Source: Opitutaceae bacterium (GTDB taxonomy: Bacteria > Verrucomicrobiota > Verrucomicrobiia > Opitutales > Opitutaceae). Taken from it: DNA of 64,000 nt. The DNA lies in contig JBEKAO010000001.1 in NCBI GenBank assembly GCA_050015855.1, forward strand, positions 19,391-83,390. Direction: 5' to 3'. Positions 29,242 through 38,001 of this stretch are shown in pieces. The notes below the pieces were generated by a model. It did not search any database and had not been told where the DNA came from. It worked only from the letters and a program-made list of their open reading frames with translations. Position numbers and translations under genes: made by a program. Every line of letters begins with the position of its first letter. The stretch's first letter is position 1.

Positions 29242-30831
29242 ATGAACTTTTCTTCCCCCTTGTCGGGCGGGGCCGCGGCGCTCGCCGTCGCGGTTGCCCT
29301 GGGCCTCGCCGCCCCGGGCGCCCGTGCGGCGGCGGACGCCCAGGCCCTTCCGCCGGCCGACGCCCAGGCCGCTGCGCCGGCCGACACCCACATCGCCCCG
29401 GCGCCCGAAGTCCAGAACTCGGTCGTCAAGGTCTTCTCGACGGTGCGCTATCCGGACCCCTACCGGCCGTGGACAAAGCAGGCCCCGAACGAGGTCACGG
29501 GCTCGGGGGTCGTGATCGAGGGCAGGCGCATCCTGACCAATGCGCACGTGGTCCTCTACGCGAACCAGGTGCAGGTGCAGGCGAACCAATCGGGCGACAA
29601 AATCGCGGCGAGCGTCGAGTCGATCGCGCCGGGGATCGATCTGGCGGTGCTCAAGCTCTCCGACGAGACGTTCTTCGACTCGCACCGCGCGCTTCCGCGC
29701 GAGAGCAGGCTTCCCGAGATCAAGGATTCCGTCCTTGTCTACGGGTTTCCGACGGGCGGCACGAGCCTTTCGATCACCAAGGGGATCGTCTCGCGGATCG
29801 AGTTTGTCTCGTACAACTTCCCAGTATCGGGACTCCGGATTCAAATTGACGCGGCCATCAACCCCGGCAACAGCGGGGGGCCCGCGGTCGCGGGCGACAA
29901 GATGGTCGGGCTCGCCTTCAGCCACCTCGGTGGGGCGGAGAACATCGGCTACATCATCCCCTGCGAGGAGATCGAGTTCTTCCTGGGGCAGGTCGCCAAG
30001 GGGGGCCGGTACGGCAAGCCCGGCCTGTATGACGAAATGCAAACGCTCGAGAACCCCGCGCTGCGGGCCTACCTCAAGCTGGACAAGTCGGTCTCGGGGC
30101 TGATCGTGACCAAGCCCGACAGCGCGGAGCCGGCCTATCCCCTCAGGAAGTGGGATGTCGTCACCCGGATCGGCTCGGAACCGATCGACGACGAGGGCAT
30201 GATCCACCTCAACGGCGACCTGAGGCTCGCGTTCGAGTACATGGTCCAGAAGATCGCCCGGAACGGAAAGGTGCCCCTGACGATCTACCGCCAGGGCAAG
30301 GCGATCGACGTCCAGCTGCCTGTCGCCTCCGACCGCCCGATGCTCATAAACGATCTCGCGGGCGAGTATCCCGCCTACTTCATACTCGGGCCCGTTGTGT
30401 TCACAGCCGTCACCCGCAGCTATTTTGACGGAATCAACCCCCGGGCGCTCTCAGCCCTGAGCGTGGAAGGGAGCCCGCTGACTTCCCGCAGGGGCGACCG
30501 GCCCGCGTTTCCGGGCGAGCAGCTGGTCGCCGTCGCCTCGCCGTTTCTGCCGCACCAGATCGCGAACAACTATGGAAATCCCCAGGCCAAGGTCGTCGAG
30601 GCCGTGAACGGAATTCCGGTCAGGAACCTGGGACAGTTGGTCGAGCTGTTCCGCGATTCCAAGGACGAGTTCGTGCGGATCGAATTCGCGGGCCGGGCGA
30701 CTGAAACGCTGGTTTTCAAGCGGCAGGAGCTGCTCTCGGCGACCGACGACATCCTGACCGACAACGGGATCCGAAGCCAGGGTTCGCCGGACCTGATGAG
30801 CGTTTGGAACCGCCCGCCTGCGGCCCACTGA
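29242..30831 (+). CDS. Trypsin-like S1C serine protease (Deg/HtrA-related) with a C-terminal PDZ-like region, secreted
   Basis: Track ORF 29104-30831 trimmed to ATG 29242 (signal peptide MNFSSPLSGGAAALAVAVALGLAAPGARA). The catalytic triad context is TNAHVV (His), DLAVLKL (Asp) and GNSGGPA (Ser). Confidence 0.85.
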   Translation: MNFSSPLSGGAAALAVAVALGLAAPGARAAADAQALPPADAQAAAPADTHIAPAPEVQNSVVKVFSTVRYPDPYRPWTKQAPNEVTGSGVVIEGRRILTNAHVVLYANQVQVQANQSGDKIAASVESIAPGIDLAVLKLSDETFFDSHRALPRESRLPEIKDSVLVYGFPTGGTSLSITKGIVSRIEFVSYNFPVSGLRIQIDAAINPGNSGGPAVAGDKMVGLAFSHLGGAENIGYIIPCEEIEFFLGQVAKGGRYGKPGLYDEMQTLENPALRAYLKLDKSVSGLIVTKPDSAEPAYPLRKWDVVTRIGSEPIDDEGMIHLNGDLRLAFEYMVQKIARNGKVPLTIYRQGKAIDVQLPVASDRPMLINDLAGEYPAYFILGPVVFTAVTRSYFDGINPRALSALSVEGSPLTSRRGDRPAFPGEQLVAVASPFLPHQIANNYGNPQAKVVEAVNGIPVRNLGQLVELFRDSKDEFVRIEFAGRATETLVFKRQELLSATDDILTDNGIRSQGSPDLMSVWNRPPAAH

Positions 30832-30855
30832 CGAGACCCCGTCCGGATTGTCGAA

Positions 30856-30895
30856 CCTTGCCCGCGGCGACAGGGGTAGGTTGCCGCGGGCAAGG
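30856..30895 (+). terminator. Strong stem-loop just after the protease gene (possible terminator; no U-tract)
   Basis: CCTTGCCCGCGGC (30856-30868) pairs perfectly with GCCGCGGGCAAGG (30883-30895), with a 14-nt loop. It begins 25 nt after the stop codon. Confidence 0.35.
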
Positions 30896-31103
30896 GGACC
30901 GGACTGCTGATCAACTGGACCTGGCGGAGTCTTTTCGGGATTTCAGCCTGCAATCTCTGGTGTTGTGTGCCGCCAGGTTACGGACGGCCAGAATACGCCT
31001 CCGGATCGGCGATGTCTGCCGGACTTAGGCCAATACGCTTGTAGGGCGCCGCCTAATTGCGCCGTCGCCTGCCCTATGCGGCGTTCCGATCCGCCGGCGG
31101 AGT

Positions 31104-31116
31104 GGGGGGGGGGGGG
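31104..31116. repeat. Homopolymeric G13 tract
   Basis: Thirteen consecutive G, counted directly. It lies 65 nt upstream of the SIS-gene ATG (31181). Confidence 0.95.
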
Positions 31117-31180
31117 CCGCCGGGAATCAAGCCAGCTTGCAGTGCCGGAGGCGCCCGGCCATGATCGGCGGCGACGACCC

Positions 31181-31924
31181 ATGAACATCCCGCTCGCCGA
31201 GTCGTATTTTGAACGCGCCAACGAGCTTCTTGCCCGCGCCTGGGCCGAAAACGGCCCCGTTATTGCGCATGTGTCGCCGATCATCGGCAGGAGCATCGCC
31301 GACGGGGGCGTAATCCACACGTTCGGCAGCGGGCACAGCGAGCTCGTTTCCCGGGAGATCATCGGACGGGCCGGGGGGCTGGTTTGCGTTACGGGAATCA
31401 TCGACCCAACCGGTGGGTTCGTCGAGAATCTGCCCGGTTATGGAACCCGGCTGGCGGAGCGCTATGACCGGCAGTACGAATTGAGAAGCGGCGAGACCAT
31501 CATCGTCATCTCCAATTCCGGGAAGAACGGCTCGCCGATCGAGGTTGCCCAATACGCCAAGGGGAAGGGCCTCAACGTCGTCGCCCTGACCTGCCTTGCG
31601 ATGTCCCGGATCACGCCCTCGCAGCACCCGGGCGGAAAGCGTCTTTTCGAGTGCGCGGACTACGTCCTGGACAACGGGGGCGTGCCCGGCGACGCGATCG
31701 TTGAGCTGGGGAAGTCGGCCGGAGCCCTTTTGAAGGCCGGCCCGACGAGCACCGTGATCGGCTGTTCGGTGCTCAATTGGCTTATGTTATCCGTCATGGA
31801 TTGGCTGAAAGCGGGCCGCCATCCGCTTCCCATTCTCAAAAGCCAGAATCTGCCGGGGGCGATCGAGCACAACCGGGCCCTCGCCAGGAAATACGAGGGT
31901 CGGCTCTCGCGCCAGCTGGCCTGA
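31181..31924 (+). CDS. SIS (sugar isomerase) domain protein
   Basis: Track ORF 30965-31924 trimmed to ATG 31181 (MNIPLAESYFERA...). SIS pattern: HTFGSGHS, IVISNSGKNGSPIEVA..AK..G..VVALT. Confidence 0.8.
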   Translation: MNIPLAESYFERANELLARAWAENGPVIAHVSPIIGRSIADGGVIHTFGSGHSELVSREIIGRAGGLVCVTGIIDPTGGFVENLPGYGTRLAERYDRQYELRSGETIIVISNSGKNGSPIEVAQYAKGKGLNVVALTCLAMSRITPSQHPGGKRLFECADYVLDNGGVPGDAIVELGKSAGALLKAGPTSTVIGCSVLNWLMLSVMDWLKAGRHPLPILKSQNLPGAIEHNRALARKYEGRLSRQLA

Positions 31925-31935
31925 ACCGGGATCGA

Positions 31936-32937
31936 ATGAGCCTCAAACTGGGCGTCGACGGAGGAGGGACGAAGACCGAGTGCATATTGGTCGATGGCTC
32001 GGGAGCGATAATGGCAAGCCATCGGGCCGAGGGCTGTAATCCGAGCATCGTCGGCCCCAAGGCGGCCAGGCGCGTGCTCACCGATGCGATTGGCGCCCTC
32101 CTTTCCTCGCCCCCCGCGGGCCGCCCGCCCCTCTCCATTTCTTCGACGCTTCTTTGCATGGCGGGAAGCCGCATATTCTGGCGCGAATTCGCCGCCGGCC
32201 TCGCCGGCCTCGGCCGTGTCATCGCGGTCGACGACTCCATCCCCGTCCTCGAGCTCGCGACAGGCGGCGGCCCCGGCCTCGTGATTCACGCGGGAACCGG
32301 CTCCTTCGTCGCCGCCCGCGCTCCGCTCGGGCCTGTCCCCCCTGACGAGGCTGTCCCCTCCAACAAGGCTGTCCCCTCCAACAAGGCTGTCCCCTTTGAC
32401 GAGGCTGTCCCTTTTGACGAGGCTGTCCCTTTTGGTCTCGTCCACTATGCGGGCGGGCTCGGATGGCGAATTGGGGATCCAGGGAGCGGGTATGACATTG
32501 GGCGGAGGGCGGTTGCGCGCGGGCTCCTCGAACTGCAGGGATGGATGCCGGATTCGGGGATCGGGGGGCTGTTGCAGGACTACACGGGGTTGAAGGATGC
32601 AAATGCGATCGGCCGGGATTTCAACCGTGAGAAGACGGCGAACGCGAGGACAGCGGGGCTTTCCCCGGAGGTGCTCCGGCTCGCGGAGTCGGGGAACGCG
32701 GCCGCCCGGGATATCGCGGTCGAATCAGCGGCCGAACTCCTGGCACTGGCCGTTCGGGTTGCGGCCAGGCTGCTTCCGGAAACGCCCGCGCACGAGGTTA
32801 ACGCCGGACTCAGCGGGCCGATCCTGACCCGCCCGTTTGTCGCCCGGGCTTTGCAGGAACGCTCACCCTTCGTCTTCAAGGCAATTGGCGACGCCCCGAT
32901 CGAGGGTGTGCGGCGCCTGCTTGCGCGATTGGGCTAG
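31936..32937 (+). CDS. BadF/BadG/BcrA/BcrD-type ATPase (N-acetylglucosamine-kinase-like sugar kinase) with an in-frame repeat insertion
   Basis: Track ORF 31777-32937 trimmed to ATG 31936 (MSLKLGVDGGGTKTECILVD). Boxes are HAGTGSF and GGLGWRIGDPGSGYDIG. It starts 12 nt after the SIS gene. Confidence 0.8.
   Translation: MSLKLGVDGGGTKTECILVDGSGAIMASHRAEGCNPSIVGPKAARRVLTDAIGALLSSPPAGRPPLSISSTLLCMAGSRIFWREFAAGLAGLGRVIAVDDSIPVLELATGGGPGLVIHAGTGSFVAARAPLGPVPPDEAVPSNKAVPSNKAVPFDEAVPFDEAVPFGLVHYAGGLGWRIGDPGSGYDIGRRAVARGLLELQGWMPDSGIGGLLQDYTGLKDANAIGRDFNREKTANARTAGLSPEVLRLAESGNAAARDIAVESAAELLALAVRVAARLLPETPAHEVNAGLSGPILTRPFVARALQERSPFVFKAIGDAPIEGVRRLLARLG
32330..32436 (+). repeat. Six tandem 18-nt units (CTGTCCC at an exact 18-nt period) inside the kinase CDS
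   Basis: CTGTCCC starts at 32333, 32351, 32369, 32387, 32405 and 32423. The array translates as PVPPDE-AVPSNK-AVPSNK-AVPFDE-AVPFDE-AVPFG. Confidence 0.9.
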
Positions 32938-32950
32938 CCTTGGAATCAGC

Positions 32951-34000
32951 TCACTGCCAGTCGAGGATCAACCGCGTGTAATAGGTCGTGTCGAGCCTCT
33001 TGAAGCCGGCGCTCGGCACACTGTTGTATTCATTCGACACCCCAAGCCGCAGCTTCCACGCCGGATTCGTGAGGGGGATCTGGTAAAAGCTGTCCTGCGT
33101 CACGAAATAGTTCGAGAAATCCGAAAGCGAAGGCACCGCCGTAATTCGCGTTCCGAACTCGGAGGTGCTCAGCTTGAGGTCGTTCGAGATTTCAAAGTCC
33201 AACGCGGCCGAATTTATTGTCGGTGTCTTGGGATCGTCATACCCGTCGTAGCGGTAGGCGAGACCGACGCGGGCCGTGAGCACGTCTTCCTTGCTGTTCA
33301 AGAGACTGTAGCCCGCGCCTGCCGCCGCAGTGTTGTAAAACCGGATGTCCATGATTCGGTCGAATCCCCCCTCGTCGCGCACGAACCAGGAGCTGTCCGC
33401 CGAAATATTGGCGGCGTAATCGACGCCCGCCTTGAACTGGTCCGCCGATTGGACCCCGGAGGTCACCTGGCGGTTGAACGCCGTGTAGTATTGGAGCGTG
33501 TCATCCGGGCCCACGAGCTTTGCCCGCATTCCGGCGGAGGTGCCGAGCTGGTCCTTGTTGCCGGACGTGCCTTCGACATCCACGCTCGCCTCGTAGGACC
33601 AATGGCGCTCGAGGGCGGCGATCTGCGGGTCCTTGGCGCCCGCTTCCCAGACGGCTGCGACCTTGGGTATGGTGGTCGAAACCGTGCCCGCGGCCCCCAC
33701 GACCTGCATGGCGCCGTTTTGCATGGAGATCGGCCCCTGGATCCGGGTCCCGTCGGACAACCGCACCGACAGCGGGCCGTCGGTTGTAATCGCGGTCACC
33801 TCGCTTTGCTTGATCGTCAGATCGCCCGCAAAATCGGTCGTCACATAGACCGACCCGGCGTCGACCTTTGTAACCTTTCCGACGACCCGGGTGCCATTCT
33901 TGGTTTCAACGACATCTGCGGAGAGCCGGGCGCATCCTAGAACGGCGGCGGCCAGGCTTGCGGACAAGCAGAGGATTCGCAGGCAGGGATTTTTTTGCAT
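32951..34000 (-). CDS. DUF481-type outer-membrane beta-barrel protein with an N-terminal extra domain
   Basis: 349 aa with a signal peptide. The C-terminal part shows the alternating beta-strand pattern of the YdiY/DUF481 family (…LRLGVSNEYNSVPSAGFKRLDTTYYTRLILDW). Confidence 0.75.
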   Translation of the reverse strand: MQKNPCLRILCLSASLAAAVLGCARLSADVVETKNGTRVVGKVTKVDAGSVYVTTDFAGDLTIKQSEVTAITTDGPLSVRLSDGTRIQGPISMQNGAMQVVGAAGTVSTTIPKVAAVWEAGAKDPQIAALERHWSYEASVDVEGTSGNKDQLGTSAGMRAKLVGPDDTLQYYTAFNRQVTSGVQSADQFKAGVDYAANISADSSWFVRDEGGFDRIMDIRFYNTAAAGAGYSLLNSKEDVLTARVGLAYRYDGYDDPKTPTINSAALDFEISNDLKLSTSEFGTRITAVPSLSDFSNYFVTQDSFYQIPLTNPAWKLRLGVSNEYNSVPSAGFKRLDTTYYTRLILDWQ

Positions 34001-34274
34001 ATAAAGGACCTTGAGTGGAGTTTTCCCGGGCTTCGGAAGACAAACAAGCGAATATTCTGGATCGGTCCGGCGCCCGGCTGGACCGTGTCGGAGCGCCCTT
34101 CAGGCCGACTGGATCTTGTAAACTTAGGCGGGTTTTGGATCAACACCCAAGATTATGGGCTCTCGGGCCGGGGCATTCCGAATTCCCGCGGGCCCGATAT
34201 TCCGCGGAGCCGCGCCGCGCCTTGCGGCTCGACACTTCGGGGCGGCCGGAGTTCGCTCGTCGGCGAATCTTCCG

Positions 34275-35183
34275 ATGGCTCCCACCGTCCAGCGCAACCC
34301 CCTGATCGTCGCCGACCGATGGCGCGATTATCAACTGGTCGATTGCGGCGGCGGGATGAAGCAGGAGAGGTGGGGTCCCTATACGCTCATCCGGCCCGAT
34401 CCGCAGATCCTGTGGCCCCGGCACGGCGCGGCCCCGGACGCCCCCTGGCCGCACTGGGACGGATTCTACCACCGCAGCGCCTCCGGCGGGGGAAACTGGG
34501 AGTTCCGCCGGCCGCTGCCCGAACAGTGGGAAATTCACTACGACCCGCTGTCCCTCAAGCTCAAGATCCGGCCAACCCTTTTCAAGCACACGGGGCTCTT
34601 CCCCGAGCAGGCCGTCAATTGGGACTGGTTCTCGGGGCTCATCGGCGCGGCGAAGGAGAAGGGCCGCCCCATCCATGTGCTCAATCTGTTCGGCTACACG
34701 GGAGCGGCGACCTGCGCCGCCGCATCGGCGGGCGCCAGCGTCTGCCACGTCGACGCCGCCGAAGGCATGGTCAAGTGGTGCCGCGAGAACGCGGAACTGA
34801 GCGGTCTGAAGTCGGCCCCGATCCGCTACATTGTGGACGACTGCCTGAAGTTCGCCCGCCGGGAGATCAAGCGCGGCCGCCGGTATGAGGCGATCATCAT
34901 GGACCCGCCGACCTTCGGCCGCGGCTCCGCCGGCGAGATGTGGAAACTCGAGGAGGACCTGTGGCCCCTCCTGGAGGAGTGCCGCGCCCTCCTATCCGAC
35001 GATCCGCTTTTCTTCCTCGTCAATGCGTACACGGCCCGGCTGTCGCCGACCGTGGTCGCCAATCTGCTCTGCGCGCTGTTCGGGCCGGGTGGCGGGAGGA
35101 TCTCGGCGGGCGAGATCGGACTTCCGATCCATCGCGACGGGAAGGTCCTTCCCTGCGGAATCTACGGGCGCTGGCAGCCCTGA
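34275..35183 (+). CDS. Class I SAM-dependent methyltransferase (RlmI/YwbD-like catalytic domain)
   Basis: Track ORF 34155-35183 trimmed to ATG 34275. Boxes: KHTGLFPEQ, VLNLFGYTGAAT (SAM motif I), HVDA, IIMDPPTF. Confidence 0.8.
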   Translation: MAPTVQRNPLIVADRWRDYQLVDCGGGMKQERWGPYTLIRPDPQILWPRHGAAPDAPWPHWDGFYHRSASGGGNWEFRRPLPEQWEIHYDPLSLKLKIRPTLFKHTGLFPEQAVNWDWFSGLIGAAKEKGRPIHVLNLFGYTGAATCAAASAGASVCHVDAAEGMVKWCRENAELSGLKSAPIRYIVDDCLKFARREIKRGRRYEAIIMDPPTFGRGSAGEMWKLEEDLWPLLEECRALLSDDPLFFLVNAYTARLSPTVVANLLCALFGPGGGRISAGEIGLPIHRDGKVLPCGIYGRWQP

Positions 35184-35199
35184 GGGCGGGGGCGCAGGG

Positions 35200-36240
35200 T
35201 CACCGGGCCTTTGCGTACTCGGCGTACTGTTCGGCGATCCCCGAGGCCACCTCGTCGCCGAGGTGGAAGAAAAAGCGGTAGCGCAGCGTCAGGCTCCCGC
35301 CCGCCGGGACCGCATAATCGCCCAGGTGCGGCTGGTCCCTGAGGTTCTCATAGTCATGCTGGCCGAACGGATTGGCGCCGAACAGCCCGTAGTCGCGCGC
35401 CATCCACCACGTCGGATGCCGCAAATTCTGCGGGCTGTCGAAGATCGCCACCCCGTAGGTCCGGCCCGCGTGCTCGGCGTGGTAATCGGCCCAGTCCGCC
35501 CGCTTGCCCCACGCCTGAGCGTCCCGGTCGCCATTTGCGGTGACGATATGGCCGGTGCCGCCGACCGGGCCCCGCCTGGTCTTGCGGGCCATGGTCATCC
35601 ACTCGGCCACGCGGACGGCCATGGTGCCGTCCTTGTTGTCGCCGAACAGCAGGGGGCGGTCCGCAGGCGCATTCAGGGTGATCTCAAAGTCGATGAAACG
35701 GCCGGCGTCGCTCGCGTGAAACCGGAGCGTCCGCTCGTCGGTGCAGACCAGCACCCCGTCGTGGTCCAGCCAGCGGTCGCGAACGTGGATCACCCCGACC
35801 CTGCCGCTGGTCGTCTCCACAGCCCCGTCGACGACGGTGTGGCCCTTGTTCGCCGGGGCCGCCTCGTTGTCTCCCGTGCCCTCGTTCCAGAAGTCGACGC
35901 CGCCGACCATGCTGTGGGCGAAAAAGAAGGAGCGGTGCCACGGATGGTCTTGTTCCTCGCCCGGCGTGTTCTTCATCGGAAAATCGCGGGTGAGCGGAGT
36001 TCCGTCGGGCGCCAGGATCGGGTAGCAGTACGACCGGCTCGCCCCCTCATAGACGTATTCGGTGAACAGCTGCCCGCCGATTTCGACGCGAATCCGACCG
36101 TCGCCCTGGATGAGCTTCACGTCGCCGGAGGAGGCCGATCCGGGGTCTCCCGCGGCCGGCTGGGCCTTGAGTGAAAGTCCGCAGGCCAGGGCCAGCGAGA
36201 GGGCGAGGGCGGGAAAAAGGGGCGGGATGGGGGTTTTCAC
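35200..36240 (-). CDS. PmoA-family (DUF6807) secreted protein
   Basis: Track ORF 35200-36507 trimmed to GTG 36240 (VKTPIPPLFPALALSLALA, signal peptide). Family pattern: FTEYVY......YCYPI..PDG..LTR, DHPWHRS.FFAH..V.GVDFWNE. Confidence 0.75.
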   Translation of the reverse strand: MKTPIPPLFPALALSLALACGLSLKAQPAAGDPGSASSGDVKLIQGDGRIRVEIGGQLFTEYVYEGASRSYCYPILAPDGTPLTRDFPMKNTPGEEQDHPWHRSFFFAHSMVGGVDFWNEGTGDNEAAPANKGHTVVDGAVETTSGRVGVIHVRDRWLDHDGVLVCTDERTLRFHASDAGRFIDFEITLNAPADRPLLFGDNKDGTMAVRVAEWMTMARKTRRGPVGGTGHIVTANGDRDAQAWGKRADWADYHAEHAGRTYGVAIFDSPQNLRHPTWWMARDYGLFGANPFGQHDYENLRDQPHLGDYAVPAGGSLTLRYRFFFHLGDEVASGIAEQYAEYAKAR

Positions 36241-36316
36241 GGGCGCAAATCTCCGCGAGGAAGCGGCCCGCCGCAACCGGAAATGCCCTTTGGCGCCGCC
36301 TGGGACGCACCCCCCG

Positions 36317-36943
36317 TCAAGTCCCGTACAGCCGGTCCCCAAAATCGCCGAGGCCGGGTAGGATGTATTTTCTTGAATTGAGGGCCCTGTCCAACGCCGC
36401 CGCAAAAATCGGAACGTCCGGGTGCGTCCTGCCGACCAGCTCGAGCCCCTCGGGCGCAACGACGATGCACACAAGCTTCGGATCGGCCGCGCCCCGATCC
36501 TTGACAATCTGGATGGCCTGGGAAGCGGAGCCTCCGGTGGCGACCATGGGGTCGATCACGAAAACCCTCCGGCCCTCGAGGGGGGGCAGCTTGCAGTAGT
36601 AGCTTCGGGCCTTCGCGGTCTCATGGTCCCTCTCCAAACCGATGTAGCCCACGCTCACATCGGGAAACATGTCCAGGAACGGCTGAAGCATTCCCGTGCC
36701 GGCCCGAAGAATTGGGACGACGACCAGCGGAGTGTGGGCCAGGATCCTCCCGGAGGTCGGCTCGAGCGGGGTCTCGATCTTCTTCTCCTCGGTGACCAAA
36801 TCCCGCGTCGCCTCGATCGCCAAAAGGAGGCTGAGCTGATAGGTCAGCGTGCGGTATGTCGCCGGATGGGTGGTCTTGTCCCGCAGATGCGTGACAATGT
36901 GGCGGGCGAGGGGGTGTTCGACCAGCCGAAGCCCGCCGCTCAC
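36317..36943 (-). CDS. upp: Uracil phosphoribosyltransferase
   Basis: Track ORF 36317-37309 trimmed to GTG 36943 (GTGA overlap with the upstream stop). Boxes: VEHPL..H.LT.LRD, VPILRAG, FVIDPMVATGGS (PRPP loop), YILPGLGDFGDR. Confidence 0.9.
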   Translation of the reverse strand: MSGGLRLVEHPLARHIVTHLRDKTTHPATYRTLTYQLSLLLAIEATRDLVTEEKKIETPLEPTSGRILAHTPLVVVPILRAGTGMLQPFLDMFPDVSVGYIGLERDHETAKARSYYCKLPPLEGRRVFVIDPMVATGGSASQAIQIVKDRGAADPKLVCIVVAPEGLELVGRTHPDVPIFAAALDRALNSRKYILPGLGDFGDRLYGT

Positions 36944-37629
36944 AGGAAATCCCTTTCCACCTTGGTCTCGAGGAAGTGCTCGAACTCCCGCCGGAGTTCC
37001 TTCTGCTTTCCCCGCAGCCCCGGCATGAGGCTCAGCCAGTTGTACACTTCCTCGCGCAGGTGCTTCGGCATCACCGGCTCGATCTCGCGAACGCGGTCGA
37101 ACGCCCGGACGCAGGCCGCCGCGATTGCGTCGCACATGCGCTGCGCGTCGGCCGAGCCGTGCTGGCCGGCAAGCCTCAGGACCTCGTCGAGCTTCCGGTG
37201 CCGGCGCTTCAGGATCGCCTTGTAGGACTCCAGGCTGTCGAGGATCACGTTGACCGTGCGCGGGAAATAGCTCGCCATCAGGGTCCAGGGGTCCTTCCCG
37301 TCGCCGCACCTGCGCAGGTCGCTTCGGAGGATCGCCGAGGGAATGTCGGCGAACTTGGCGAACATGAATTCGATCGCTATCGCCGCGTCGACCGCGGGCC
37401 CCTCAAAAATGAACAGCGCCAGATCGCAGCCGACCAGGGTCTTGATTCCCTGGTCGCGGATCGCGCGGGGGCGCCGGCCGGTCGGCTCGAGGTTCTGCGG
37501 CAGGGCGCAGAGATAGCGGCCGTGGGATTTTTCGTAGATCGCCTCGGCGAGGTATGCGTTTCCGATCAGGTGGTTCAGGCAATACATCTCGCCCGAAAAA
37601 TAAACCGTGAGTTGACGCTGCTTTTTCAT
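36940..37629 (-). CDS. Nucleoside 2-deoxyribosyltransferase-like protein
   Basis: 229 aa. It starts with VYFSGEMY, typical of the NDT fold, and has CDLALFIFEG.AVDAAIAIEFMFA (the D..GT..E-like region). The ~100-aa C-terminal extension is unassigned. Confidence 0.65.
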   Translation of the reverse strand: MKKQRQLTVYFSGEMYCLNHLIGNAYLAEAIYEKSHGRYLCALPQNLEPTGRRPRAIRDQGIKTLVGCDLALFIFEGPAVDAAIAIEFMFAKFADIPSAILRSDLRRCGDGKDPWTLMASYFPRTVNVILDSLESYKAILKRRHRKLDEVLRLAGQHGSADAQRMCDAIAAACVRAFDRVREIEPVMPKHLREEVYNWLSLMPGLRGKQKELRREFEHFLETKVERDFL

Positions 37630-37705
37630 CTGCTGGCGGACGCGACCAGTATCGCGCGGGGCGCCTTCCGCTCAACGAAAATCATTTTCGGCGGGCGGGA
37701 GGGCC

Positions 37706-37978
37706 TCAGTCCCGCCACAGATAAAAGACGACCGTGACGGTCGCCGCAAAGACAAGGGTCGGCACGATCACCCAAAGCGGGCTGAAGGGCACGTGGTAAT
37801 GGGGGACAGCCCAGGCGACGAGCGCGCATTTCAGCGCGATGACGATCCAGCAGATGAGGAGCAGCCGCTCCGTCCGGCGGTCCACCTCCGTGTGCCGGGG
37901 GATTTTGGACGACTCCACGAAGACGCGCTCGTAATCGATCGGGGTCCGTCGGGAGGTCGGAAAAAGATTGGCGAACAT
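37706..37978 (-). CDS. Hypothetical small membrane protein (90 aa)
   Basis: This is the C-terminal part of track ORF 37706-38950, from ATG 37978. It has two hydrophobic helices (LLLICWIVIALKCALVAWAV, LWVIVPTLVFAATVTVVFYLW). It lies 24 nt downstream of malQ. Confidence 0.5.
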   Translation of the reverse strand: MFANLFPTSRRTPIDYERVFVESSKIPRHTEVDRRTERLLLICWIVIALKCALVAWAVPHYHVPFSPLWVIVPTLVFAATVTVVFYLWRD

Positions 37979-38001
37979 AAGCGGGTGGGGGAAAAAGCGG
38001 C

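Noticed and set aside
30965-31180. N-terminal extension of the SIS-domain ORF that would translate the G13 tract as WGGGG
   Set aside because: The extension is Arg/Pro/Cys-rich and not protein-like. SIS homology and a sensible start (MNIPLAESYF) begin at 31181. The tract is therefore treated as non-coding.
32330-32436. Whether the 18-nt periodic arrays (here and at 39595 and 41042) are a CRISPR array
   Set aside because: The units are contiguous with no unique spacers, are only 17-18 nt long, and one array is in frame within a CDS. No cas genes or leader are present in the window.
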